From a virus, in the IMG/VR virus record IMGVR_UViG_3300045988_053524, positions 1 through 39,927 of that record: 39,927 nucleotides of DNA; one strand, 5' to 3'. Positions 26,987-34,142 of the stretch are shown in pieces (the first letter of the stretch is position 1; every line of letters starts with the position of its first letter). Position numbers and translations under genes: made by a program. The notes below the pieces were generated by a model. That model did not search any database and was not told where the DNA came from. It saw only the letters and a program-made list of their open reading frames with translations.

Positions 26987-27442
26987 ATGCAAGATTTAGC
27001 ATTTCACGAATTATTAGAACACCTCAAAAATCTTTCATATAGCCCTTACATCCATTTCTTTTTTTGGTTGATGATTTTAGATATCATAACTGGATATATC
27101 AAGGCATTCAAGACTAAGCGTTTTGATAGCAAAATTGGGACAATGGGATTGATTCGTCATTTCATTGTCTTTCTTGTAATCTTGCTCGTAGCAATGTATG
27201 CCCGTTCGCTTGGTTTTCGTAGCTTTGGGATTGCCTGGACTATGTTTTTCTCTTTCAATTATCTGTTTTCAGTAATTGAAAATTGGGAAATGATTGGCCT
27301 CGCGTTTCCAGAATTCCTAAAACCTTATATCAATCAAATCAAGAAAGATAATGCTCGTAAGATAGGTCAGTTACTGGTCAACATTGACCAAAAAGACAAA
27401 GTAGAAATCGAAGTAAAGGAGAAAGACGATGCAACAAATTAA
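26987..27442 (+). CDS. Holin (multi-pass, phage_holin_4-like)
   Basis: 151 aa with three or more hydrophobic helices (FFFWLMILDIITGYI, FIVFLVILLVAMY, IAWTMFFSFNYLF) and a charged C-terminus. It lies upstream of the lysin gene. Confidence 0.75.
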   Translation: MQDLAFHELLEHLKNLSYSPYIHFFFWLMILDIITGYIKAFKTKRFDSKIGTMGLIRHFIVFLVILLVAMYARSLGFRSFGIAWTMFFSFNYLFSVIENWEMIGLAFPEFLKPYINQIKKDNARKIGQLLVNIDQKDKVEIEVKEKDDATN

Positions 27443-27773
27443 TGAAATTTTACTCAATGGAGCTATTAGTATCCTTGTCATTTTTGCTGGAATTGCAGTT
27501 AAAACTGTTAAAGAGTACCTTATAAAAAAAGGCGGTGAGCAGACCGTCAAGATCGTTGAAATTTTGGCCAAAAATGCGGTCAATGCAGTTGAGCAGGTAT
27601 CAGCTGAGACAGGCTATAAAGGCGAAGAGAAGCTAGAACAAGCTAGAATCAAAATTCGTGCCGAATTGAACAAGTACAATATTGGCATGACGGACAAAGA
27701 CATGGACACATTTATTGAATCTGCAGTCAAGCAGATGAACGATGCGTGGAAAGGAGACAATGCGAATGTCTAA
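27429..27773 (+). CDS. Second holin-like protein (LL-H-type, single N-terminal TM)
   Basis: 114 aa with the N-terminal TM segment GAISILVIFAGIAV followed by a charged helical tail. It overlaps both neighbouring genes. Confidence 0.6.
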   Translation: MQQINEILLNGAISILVIFAGIAVKTVKEYLIKKGGEQTVKIVEILAKNAVNAVEQVSAETGYKGEEKLEQARIKIRAELNKYNIGMTDKDMDTFIESAVKQMNDAWKGDNANV

Positions 27774-28632
27774 AAAACAAGATATGATTAACGACCTTAT
27801 CGCTCATGCGGATGTAGGGACTGGGGTAGATTACGACGGAATGTACGGCTACCAATGCGCAGATGTGACTTGCTACGGTATCTATGAATACTTCGGTATT
27901 CGTCTATGGGGTAATGCTATTGACTTGCTACGGTCAGCAGAAGCAGCAGGCTTACAAGTCGTCTATGGCGCTCAATATCCAAAAGCTGGTTGGTTCTTTG
28001 TTAAGAACTTCGTTGCTGGTGATGGCGTCAATTATGGTCACACTGGTCTTGTCTATGAAGATTCGGACGGTTCTACCATTAAGACCATTGAACAGAATAT
28101 CGATGGGAACTGGGACTATCTTGATGTCGGTGGCCCTTGTCGCTACTATGAGCGTTCAGTCAATTCGATTGTGGGCTATATCGTACCGCCTCAAGAAGAC
28201 CAATCAGGTTGGAAGCATGATGACACTGGCTGGTGGTGGAGTCGTAAAGATGGCTCTTACCCTACTTCAAAATTTGAAGCAATTGACGGCAACTGGTTCT
28301 ATTTCGATGAGTCAGGCTATATGTACGCAAATCAATGGCTACATCATACAGATGGGTGCTGGTATTGGTTTGACAAGGACGGCTATATGGCCAATAGCGG
28401 TTGGAAGAAAATCAATGGAAAATGGTACTACTTCAATGCAGACGGTGCCATGCAGACTGGCTGGGTGAAATACTATGAGAAATGGTATTACCTGGATGCT
28501 CAAAATGGCGATATGAAATCAGACTGCTTCGTGCCATATAACGGCGGATATTATCTCATGCTTGAAGATGGTCGATTGGCTGAACAAGCAGAATTCGTAA
28601 TCGAGCCGGACGGCTTGATTACTACAAAATAA
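27766..28632 (+). CDS. Endolysin: N-terminal CHAP domain plus C-terminal choline-binding (CW_binding_1) repeats
   Basis: Catalytic-type Cys in GYQCADV and His in YGHTGLV. Several GW(x)K..G.WYYF..DG.M..G repeats (NGKWYYFNADGAMQTGWVKYYEKWYYLD). ATG 27766 lies 9 nt after AAGGAG. Confidence 0.85.
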   Translation: MSKKQDMINDLIAHADVGTGVDYDGMYGYQCADVTCYGIYEYFGIRLWGNAIDLLRSAEAAGLQVVYGAQYPKAGWFFVKNFVAGDGVNYGHTGLVYEDSDGSTIKTIEQNIDGNWDYLDVGGPCRYYERSVNSIVGYIVPPQEDQSGWKHDDTGWWWSRKDGSYPTSKFEAIDGNWFYFDESGYMYANQWLHHTDGCWYWFDKDGYMANSGWKKINGKWYYFNADGAMQTGWVKYYEKWYYLDAQNGDMKSDCFVPYNGGYYLMLEDGRLAEQAEFVIEPDGLITTK

Positions 28633-28668
28633 AAACATAGAAAGAAATTCAAAATTTAATTACACTTT

Positions 28669-28696
28669 ACCGCTGGCGTATGCTGGCGGTTTTTTG
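28669..28696 (+). terminator. Intrinsic terminator after the lysis cassette
   Basis: The CCGCTGGC / GCTGGCGG stem (two G-U pairs) has loop GTAT and is followed by TTTTTTG. Confidence 0.65.
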
Positions 28697-28697
28697 T

Positions 28698-28921
28698 TTG
28701 CTCTGAAAAAGAGTTGTGAAAGGAGTTATAAAACTAGCTATATACTGTTTTAATAATATTTCCGTAACTCCCACCGGCTCCATTATTCTTTTGTATTCTT
28801 TTACATTCCTTTCTAAAACGTTGTAATTACAGCGTTTTTTATTTTGTTCTTTGGTATTCTTTGGTATTCCTTTTTAAAAAAGGGAGTTACAAAAGGAGTC
28901 ACAAAAAGGAGGCAAGCCTCC
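28698..28921. other. Gene-free region next to int: probable attP with arm-type repeat clusters
   Basis: GAGT(T/C)NNNAAAAG pairs lie at 28711..28734 and 28884..28908. Helically phased ATTC(T/C)TT repeats lie at 28783..28814 and 28847..28875. A palindrome AACGTTGTAATTACAGCGTT lies at 28817..28836. There is no plausible ORF. Confidence 0.55.
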
Positions 28922-28923
28922 TT
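28900..28923 (-). terminator. Terminator of the integrase gene
   Basis: On the minus strand, AAGGAGG-CTTG-CCTCCTT is followed by TTTTTG, starting at the int stop codon. Confidence 0.6.
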
Positions 28924-30004
28924 AAAAATCTATATATTTTGCAAAACGTTCTCCGATATCATCTTTTGCTTGAGTGGTTATATGAGTATATACGTTCATG
29001 GTTGTTTTTAAGTCAGAATGCCCGAGCCGATATTGAACTTGTTTTAAAGTCATTCCAGCTTCAAAGCAAAGACTTGCGTGAGTATGTCTGAACCCGTGTA
29101 TTTTAATCGGACGCAAGTCACTACCTTCGACAATTTTAATAAGCCATTTTCTGGGCAAGGTGCTTGGAATTGGTTTTTTGAATTCATTCTCAAAAATGTA
29201 TCTTGTATCAGGATTTTGCTTTCTCCATTTTTTTAAAATGCTTTTTGTTTTTTTATCAAGACTAATTAATCTATTACTGCTTACTGTTTTTGTATTTCCT
29301 ATTTCTTCGCCCCCGAAACCTCTTGTGATAGCCTTATTTATGCTCAGAGTATTATCATTCCAATCTTTCCATTCAAGAGCTAAAATCTCACCTTTTCGTG
29401 CTCCCGTAAAAGCTAAAAGGCGAAAAAGAGTTATTTTTTCCAAGTCTTTTGTTTGTACGACTAGCTTCATAAAAGATTTTAATTCATCTTTATTATAGAA
29501 ATCACTCTTTTCGTTTGATTTTTTTCTGATAGACGTCACTACACTATCGACTGGATTCGTTTCGATATAACCATGTCTGATAGCGTATTTGAAGACGTTA
29601 TTCATCAGTCCTTTTAATTTACGTCCATAGACTAATTTTTTAGACCATTCGTTGACTTGCTCTTGCATTTGAATTGGCGTGATCGTACTAATTTTCTTGT
29701 TACCAAAAGCCGGGTAGATATGATTTTCAAAATTCCTAGAAGTCTTTATATAAGTGCTATCTTGCACTGTATCAGCGTATTCTTTAAGCCATTTTTTCGA
29801 GATTTCTTCGACAGTTATATCTTTCTTAGTTTGTTTCTCGTTTTCGATATCAGTTTGAAGTTGAAGTAGTGCAGCACGGGCTTTCCCTTTGGTTTCAAAT
29901 CCTCGACGTGTAATGTAACGACTAGATCCATCCACCTTGCCTATATAGACTCGGAACATATAAGCGGTATCACCGTTTTTCTTTTTGTAAGATTTTATTT
30001 CCAT
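28922..30004 (-). CDS. int: Tyrosine integrase
   Basis: 360 aa. It has an N-terminal SAM-like/arm-binding region and a C-terminal catalytic signature (ARKGE...HGFRHTHAS...LGHSDLKTTMNVYTH). Confidence 0.9.
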   Translation of the reverse strand: MEIKSYKKKNGDTAYMFRVYIGKVDGSSRYITRRGFETKGKARAALLQLQTDIENEKQTKKDITVEEISKKWLKEYADTVQDSTYIKTSRNFENHIYPAFGNKKISTITPIQMQEQVNEWSKKLVYGRKLKGLMNNVFKYAIRHGYIETNPVDSVVTSIRKKSNEKSDFYNKDELKSFMKLVVQTKDLEKITLFRLLAFTGARKGEILALEWKDWNDNTLSINKAITRGFGGEEIGNTKTVSSNRLISLDKKTKSILKKWRKQNPDTRYIFENEFKKPIPSTLPRKWLIKIVEGSDLRPIKIHGFRHTHASLCFEAGMTLKQVQYRLGHSDLKTTMNVYTHITTQAKDDIGERFAKYIDF

Positions 30005-30051
30005 TTGATTATCACCTCGTCGTCAATTTTTGAGAGCGGGGGATTTTTTAT

Positions 30052-30597
30052 TTATTGAAAAAATCTTTCCACGTTGTTCGCTTGCGCTTGAGTCAATTTA
30101 GTCGAAATAGTTTTTATTTCACCCGTTACAATATTTCTGAGCAGTACCGATGCTGAACCTGGTTTTTCTTCTTGTATAGTAACAGACGTAGAATTAATAG
30201 TCCCTTTTCTCTTTCCTGAAGCGCCTACCATTCCTCCGACGATTGTCCCAAGTCCGGGAGCTATAACAGTACCTATTCCAGCACCTGTAAGTGCACTAGC
30301 TTTCTTGCCTTTTTGTGTTGTTTTTCCCGTAGTCGTTGTACGTTCTATAATTTTAGAGCCTTCAAATTGGAAATTCTCAAATTCGAATAGTTCGGGGGTT
30401 TCTGAATATAAACCGATATAATATTGGCCGTCAACTGTTTTTCTAATAGTAGTAGGTTTAGAAAATTGATTGCTTGCTGGCAAGGTTATTTTTGTTTCTA
30501 GCGCTGCTTTTTTTCTCATATCATTAGCTTTATTAAGGCCTTCTGCTGTTTTATCGATTGCGTTTTTTGTTAATTCTTTTATTTTATTAAAGTCCAT
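30052..30597 (-). CDS. Unassigned 181-aa protein with a central glycine-zipper hydrophobic segment, in the lysogeny operon
   Basis: It starts 6 nt after the ImmA-like stop on the same strand. It contains LTGAGIGTVIAPGLGTIVGGMVGASG, has no N-terminal signal peptide, and matches no family I can name. Confidence 0.6.
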   Translation of the reverse strand: MDFNKIKELTKNAIDKTAEGLNKANDMRKKAALETKITLPASNQFSKPTTIRKTVDGQYYIGLYSETPELFEFENFQFEGSKIIERTTTTGKTTQKGKKASALTGAGIGTVIAPGLGTIVGGMVGASGKRKGTINSTSVTIQEEKPGSASVLLRNIVTGEIKTISTKLTQAQANNVERFFQ

Positions 30598-30603
30598 ATT
30601 TTT

Positions 30604-30984
30604 TTATCCTATCAATTCATAATATTCGTCGATAACCATCAATTCATCTGTTACAGTTTTTAGTTCATGCTTTTGCATAAAAGCAAGATAGTTAAAAGAT
30701 TGATGGTCGTCTGATAGTGCGAGTTCTTCTTCTAGTAACTTGTGGATCATTTGCCGATTAGCTTCATTTTCACACTTTATATAATTGTTTTTGTAAAGGC
30801 TGGCGGAATGGCTTAAATGCCCCAATTCGTGATAAACAACTCGTTTCTTTGCGTCCTCGGACAGCTCACGGTTAATAAAGATAATATTGATTTCTTCGAT
30901 ATAAACCCCTGGCCTATGCCATAGTTCATTATCAAAGTAAGCGAGAGTGACACCGTGAGAGTCTGCTAACTCTTCAATAGTCAT
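30604..30984 (-). CDS. ImmA/IrrE-family zinc metalloprotease (anti-repressor protease)
   Basis: HEXXH in VYHELGHLSH. 126 aa. It lies 3 nt downstream of the XRE repressor gene. Confidence 0.8.
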   Translation of the reverse strand: MTIEELADSHGVTLAYFDNELWHRPGVYIEEINIIFINRELSEDAKKRVVYHELGHLSHSASLYKNNYIKCENEANRQMIHKLLEEELALSDDHQSFNYLAFMQKHELKTVTDELMVIDEYYELIG

Positions 30985-30987
30985 AAA

Positions 30988-31338
30988 TTATCTACCTTTC
31001 AAGTAAATTTCTATAATATTTTGTATGGCTTGAATATCATCTTCATTTAACGGCTTACCGTCAAATGTTTTTGCATTTTCAGCCATCTTTCGTAGATCTG
31101 AAGTAGTGTATTCTGGTTTGCTAGAAGCTGGCTTCACTCCAATTAAATATTCGGGCGTAACCCCTAACGCCTTCGCGAATTCGTTCGCTCGATTAAGTGG
31201 AAATTTCCGAGTTTTATTAAAATATCGAGATATTCCAGATTTTGCCATATTGGTTCTTCTAGCCAATTCGCTTAAAGATATATTTTTTTCTTTCGATAAT
31301 TCTATAATTAAGTTTATTATTTCCTCATTAGTACGCAT
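30988..31338 (-). CDS. cI-like XRE-family repressor (ImmR-type)
   Basis: The HTH is ISLSELARRTNMAKSGISRYFNKTRKFPLNRANEFAKALGV. It is divergent from the cro-like gene. RBS GAGGAGG. Confidence 0.8.
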   Translation of the reverse strand: MRTNEEIINLIIELSKEKNISLSELARRTNMAKSGISRYFNKTRKFPLNRANEFAKALGVTPEYLIGVKPASSKPEYTTSDLRKMAENAKTFDGKPLNEDDIQAIQNIIEIYLKGR

Positions 31339-31367
31339 GTTTTCAACCTCCTCATACCTTACAATTT

Positions 31368-31396
31368 ATTATACCATCGTTCTTAAAAAAGTACAA
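31368..31396 (-). promoter_or_regulatory. Repressor promoter (minus strand): -35 TTGTAC, 17 nt spacer, extended -10 TGgTATAAT
   Basis: On the plus strand, attata lies at 31368..31373 and gtacaa at 31391..31396. These were read as their reverse complements. Confidence 0.6.
31377..31396. promoter_or_regulatory. Degenerate operator copy overlapping the repressor promoter -35
   Basis: TCGTTCTTAAAAAAGTACAA shares 13/20 positions with the 31476 site, including the GTTC...ACAA ends. Confidence 0.35.
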
Positions 31397-31442
31397 ATAA
31401 TACGAAAAAAATAAAAAATGTATTTTTTTTTTATAAAAAGTG

Positions 31443-31471
31443 TTGACAAAAAAGAACAAGTAGGATATACT
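31443..31471 (+). promoter_or_regulatory. Early lytic promoter: -35 TTGACA, 17 nt spacer, -10 TATACT
   Basis: TTGACA at 31443..31448 and TATACT at 31466..31471, about 50 nt upstream of the cro-like ATG. Confidence 0.7.
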
Positions 31472-31475
31472 TAGT

Positions 31476-31495
31476 TTGTTCACTAAGGAGAACAA
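31476..31495. promoter_or_regulatory. Operator palindrome TTGTTC-N8-GAACAA
   Basis: TTGTTCACTAAGGAGAACAA lies just downstream of the lytic -10. An additional GAACAA at 31454..31459 forms a second inverted pair spanning the -10. Confidence 0.6.
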
Positions 31496-31519
31496 ACAAA
31501 AACGGAAGGAGGCCGATAT

Positions 31520-31738
31520 ATGTCAGTAGATTATTTACGAATTAAAGCGGAGCGTATCGCTAAAGGTTTAACACAAGACGAAATGGCGAAGGCGCTCGGA
31601 TGGTCTGACCGCGCCCGTTATGCTAAACGCGAAAACGGTATTGTTTCGTTCGACGCGGACGAATTGATAAAAGTCGCGACAGTTCTCGGATTCAGCAAGG
31701 ATCAAATCGGTATTTTTTTTACGGACGGTGTTCACTAA
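31520..31738 (+). CDS. Cro-like XRE-family HTH protein
   Basis: 72 aa with the HTH GLTQDEMAKALGWSDRARYAKRENG. It is the first gene of the rightward operon. RBS GGAAGGAGG. Confidence 0.75.
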   Translation: MSVDYLRIKAERIAKGLTQDEMAKALGWSDRARYAKRENGIVSFDADELIKVATVLGFSKDQIGIFFTDGVH

Positions 31739-31747
31739 AAAGAACAA
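31728..31747. promoter_or_regulatory. Distal operator copy at the 3' end of the cro-like gene
   Basis: GTGTTCACTAAAAAGAACAA matches the 31476..31495 operator at 17/20 positions. It lies 252 bp downstream and spans the cro-like stop codon. Confidence 0.55.
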
Positions 31748-31832
31748 AAGGATGAAAAAAAGCACCAGACGAAAATCCGGCGCTTGCTTAAAAATCTAAC
31801 TTAATTATACCACAGAAAAGGAGGAAATACTA

Positions 31833-32111
31833 GTGGCAATAGAACTCTTTGGCAATGAATGGAAAGAAGAACTATTCGAAGATTTAGTAAAACTTAATAT
31901 TGAAGCTATAAAAGAAGCAAACAGAAGAATTTCAAAACAATTCAATATGGTTTCCATCAAAGAAGTTATGGACGCTACAGGATGGGGAAGAAAAAGAATT
32001 GAAGATTTTAGAGATCAAGGGAAATTTAGCTATCAACAAAATGCAAAAGGCGGTAAATGCTTATACGACTTAGATGATGTATTAAGATTTCAACAGCAAC
32101 TTATGAAGTAG
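31833..32111 (+). CDS. Small DNA-binding-like protein, candidate excisionase/regulator (92 aa, GTG start)
   Basis: SIKEVMDATGWGRKRIEDFRDQGKF resembles an excisionase/MerR-type HTH. AAGGAGG lies 8 nt upstream of the GTG. Confidence 0.4.
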   Translation: MAIELFGNEWKEELFEDLVKLNIEAIKEANRRISKQFNMVSIKEVMDATGWGRKRIEDFRDQGKFSYQQNAKGGKCLYDLDDVLRFQQQLMK

Positions 32112-32119
32112 GAGTTAAC

Positions 32120-32296
32120 ATGAAGCTATTAGATAAAATAACAAAATATTTCTTCGCACCACAAAGTTATGAAGAAAAAAACGTTGATTGGCGATTGGTT
32201 GCGTCAGACCTTAACCAACAACTTATCGAATCCGAAATGGAAAAGAAAGAACTTTATCAGCGTATCGCTGACCTTGAAAAATTATTGGAGGTATAA
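32120..32296 (+). CDS. Small hypothetical protein (58 aa)
   Basis: Hand-translated as MKLLDKITKYFFAPQSYEEKNVDWRLVASDLNQQLIESEMEKKELYQRIADLEKLLEV. The RBS GGAG lies upstream, and the ORF fills the gap. Confidence 0.45.
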   Translation: MKLLDKITKYFFAPQSYEEKNVDWRLVASDLNQQLIESEMEKKELYQRIADLEKLLEV

Positions 32297-32299
32297 AAA

Positions 32300-32557
32300 A
32301 TGGAAATAAAATACACATACAATAAAACACCTATTGGTTGGGTATGGCAATTAGAAATTGACGGTTATAAGTTTTTTTATCCGTGTGGCGATTTAAAAGC
32401 GTTAAAAAAATTCGTCAAATCAGAACTGGAAGTTTTGTTAGACAAAAAAGAAAGTGATAGTAATCACGGCTTGACCTTTCATGCGTGCGGATTCAACGGA
32501 CAAGCACAACAAGAGTACATAGATTATTGGAAAAAACAAGGTTTGAGTATATTTTAA
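32300..32557 (+). CDS. Hypothetical protein (85 aa)
   Basis: ORF with the RBS GGAGG upstream. Confidence 0.55.
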   Translation: MEIKYTYNKTPIGWVWQLEIDGYKFFYPCGDLKALKKFVKSELEVLLDKKESDSNHGLTFHACGFNGQAQQEYIDYWKKQGLSIF

Positions 32558-32568
32558 GGAGATTTAAC

Positions 32569-32784
32569 ATGACAGAACCAAACATAACCGAGCAATTATT
32601 CGGAATTGTAATCATGCTTTTAGGAATATTCGTTCTTATGCTCTTTACAATGAAGCATGAAAGCAAAGAAATTGAAGTGACAGAAGAAGTTGAAACGGAC
32701 TTTTACGAAATTGCACGAATGAACCTAAAAAATTCTGATAAGCAATTTACTTACGACGTCGAACCTCCTATCGGTTTGAATTAG
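32569..32784 (+). CDS. Small membrane protein (71 aa)
   Basis: ATG 32569 follows AAGGAG. The TM segment is LFGIVIMLLGIFVLMLF. Confidence 0.5.
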   Translation: MTEPNITEQLFGIVIMLLGIFVLMLFTMKHESKEIEVTEEVETDFYEIARMNLKNSDKQFTYDVEPPIGLN

Positions 32785-32796
32785 AAGGGTGGAACA

Positions 32797-34119
32797 ATGG
32801 TAACAATTAATAAACTTGAACTTGAAAACGTCAAGCGCGTTAAAGCGGTCAAGATTGAACCTTCAGCAAAAGGCTTGACAATCGTCGGTGGTAACAATAA
32901 TCAAGGGAAAACAAGCGTATTAGACGCGATAGCGTGGGCATTAGGTGGTAACAAGTACAAGCCGTCACAACCACAACGCGAAGGCTCGACGCTTCCGCCA
33001 AGTCTGAAAATCACGCTCTCGAATGGCCTTATTGTTGAACGTAAGGGCAAAAATAGCGATTTAAAAGTGATTGATCCAAGCGGAAATAAAGCCGGTCAGA
33101 AATTGCTCGATAGTTTCGTGGAAGAACTAGCGCTTGACCTTCCGAAGTTTATGGAAATGAATGACAAGGAAAAGGCTACAACTTTATTACAAATTATCGG
33201 GGTAGGCGATCAGCTCGTCCAGCTTGAAATGGAAGAAAAAACCAAGTATCAAGAGCGTCACGCTATCGGAGTGATCGCGGACCAGAAAGAAAAGTTTGCG
33301 AAAGAACAGCCGTATTATCCAGACGCACCGAAAGAGCTTGTTTCGATTGCCGAGCTTATCCAACAACAACAAGAAATTTTAGCGCGCAATGGTGAAAACG
33401 CCCGCAAGCGTCAAAATTTAGACGTTATCGAAAACGATTATAATTTTACTCTTGCAAACGTCAAACGATTGGAAAAAGAACTTGAAGAAGCTAGAGCGAA
33501 AGAGCAAGCACTAGCACAAGACCTTGATATTGCACGAAAAGACGTTTCCGTTTTAGTGGATGAATCCACACAAGAAATTGAAGACAGTATCGCGAATATT
33601 GAACAAATTAACTTGAAAGTTCGAGCGAATTTTGACAAAGACAAGGCAGAGGAAGACGCGAAAGTATATCGTGAACAGTATCGCGAATTAGACCTTGTTA
33701 TTGAAGGAATCCGCAAGCAAAAAACAGACTTACTCACAAACGCAGACTTGCCATTGCCGGGCTTATCCGTGGATGATGGCGAACTCTTATACCTCGGCCA
33801 ACGCTGGGATAATATGAGCGGTTCACAACAATTACAAGTCGCGACGGCTATCGTTCGTAAACTGAAGCCTGATTGTGGGTTCGTACTTATTGACAAACTC
33901 GAGCAGATGGACCAGAACACACTCACGGAATTCGGAGCATGGCTTGAAAAAGAAGGTTTGCAAGCTATCGCGACAAGAGTTTCAACGGGCGGAGAGTGCT
34001 CCGTTATCATCGAGGACGGGTACAGCGTCAAACCAAACAGTTTTGAAAACGGACTATTAAACGGGGCAACAAATGGCGCACAAGAAACAGTCGCGCCAAC
34101 TTGGCAAAACGGATTTTAA
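32797..34119 (+). CDS. SMC/Rad50/RecF-like AAA ATPase with a coiled-coil insert
   Basis: N-terminal Walker A GGNNNQGKTS, a central charged coiled coil, a C-terminal signature-like MSGSQQLQ and Walker B FVLIDKLEQMD. Confidence 0.7.
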   Translation: MVTINKLELENVKRVKAVKIEPSAKGLTIVGGNNNQGKTSVLDAIAWALGGNKYKPSQPQREGSTLPPSLKITLSNGLIVERKGKNSDLKVIDPSGNKAGQKLLDSFVEELALDLPKFMEMNDKEKATTLLQIIGVGDQLVQLEMEEKTKYQERHAIGVIADQKEKFAKEQPYYPDAPKELVSIAELIQQQQEILARNGENARKRQNLDVIENDYNFTLANVKRLEKELEEARAKEQALAQDLDIARKDVSVLVDESTQEIEDSIANIEQINLKVRANFDKDKAEEDAKVYREQYRELDLVIEGIRKQKTDLLTNADLPLPGLSVDDGELLYLGQRWDNMSGSQQLQVATAIVRKLKPDCGFVLIDKLEQMDQNTLTEFGAWLEKEGLQAIATRVSTGGECSVIIEDGYSVKPNSFENGLLNGATNGAQETVAPTWQNGF

Positions 34120-34142
34120 TTAAAGAAAGAAGGAAAACAACT

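Noticed and set aside
27884-28468. A 194-aa + strand ORF in an alternative frame within the endolysin gene
   Set aside because: It is completely nested in the lysin gene, whose frame shows CHAP and choline-binding motifs. The alternative frame has no motifs or RBS.
28767-28782. A possible tRNA gene
   Set aside because: Only a 16-nt stretch resembles a tRNA 3' end. The upstream bases do not form a canonical T-loop or cloverleaf. It is treated as a possible attP core fragment, not as an RNA gene.
28633-28921. A search for toxin, virulence or paratox-type cargo between the lysin gene and attP, a common slot in streptococcal prophages
   Set aside because: No ORF with a start, an RBS and reasonable length exists here. 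The region is filled with terminators and repeats.
29160-29869. Two + strand ORFs (112 and 70 aa) opposite the integrase gene, and ORF 28861..29091
   Set aside because: They are antisense to a well-supported tyrosine recombinase. The sequences are hydrophobic and low-complexity, as is typical of AT-rich antisense frames.
31739-31832. A 15-codon mini-ORF (MKKSTRRKSGACLKI) and an imperfect hairpin after the cro-like gene
   Set aside because: The RBS spacing is too short. The hairpin has two mismatches and no T-run. There is not enough support to call a peptide or a terminator.
33438-34031. A 197-aa minus-strand ORF inside the SMC-like ATPase gene
   Set aside because: It is antisense to a gene with clear Walker A/B motifs. 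The sequence is low-complexity and Ser/Cys-rich, with no RBS, and it lies opposite to the whole early operon.
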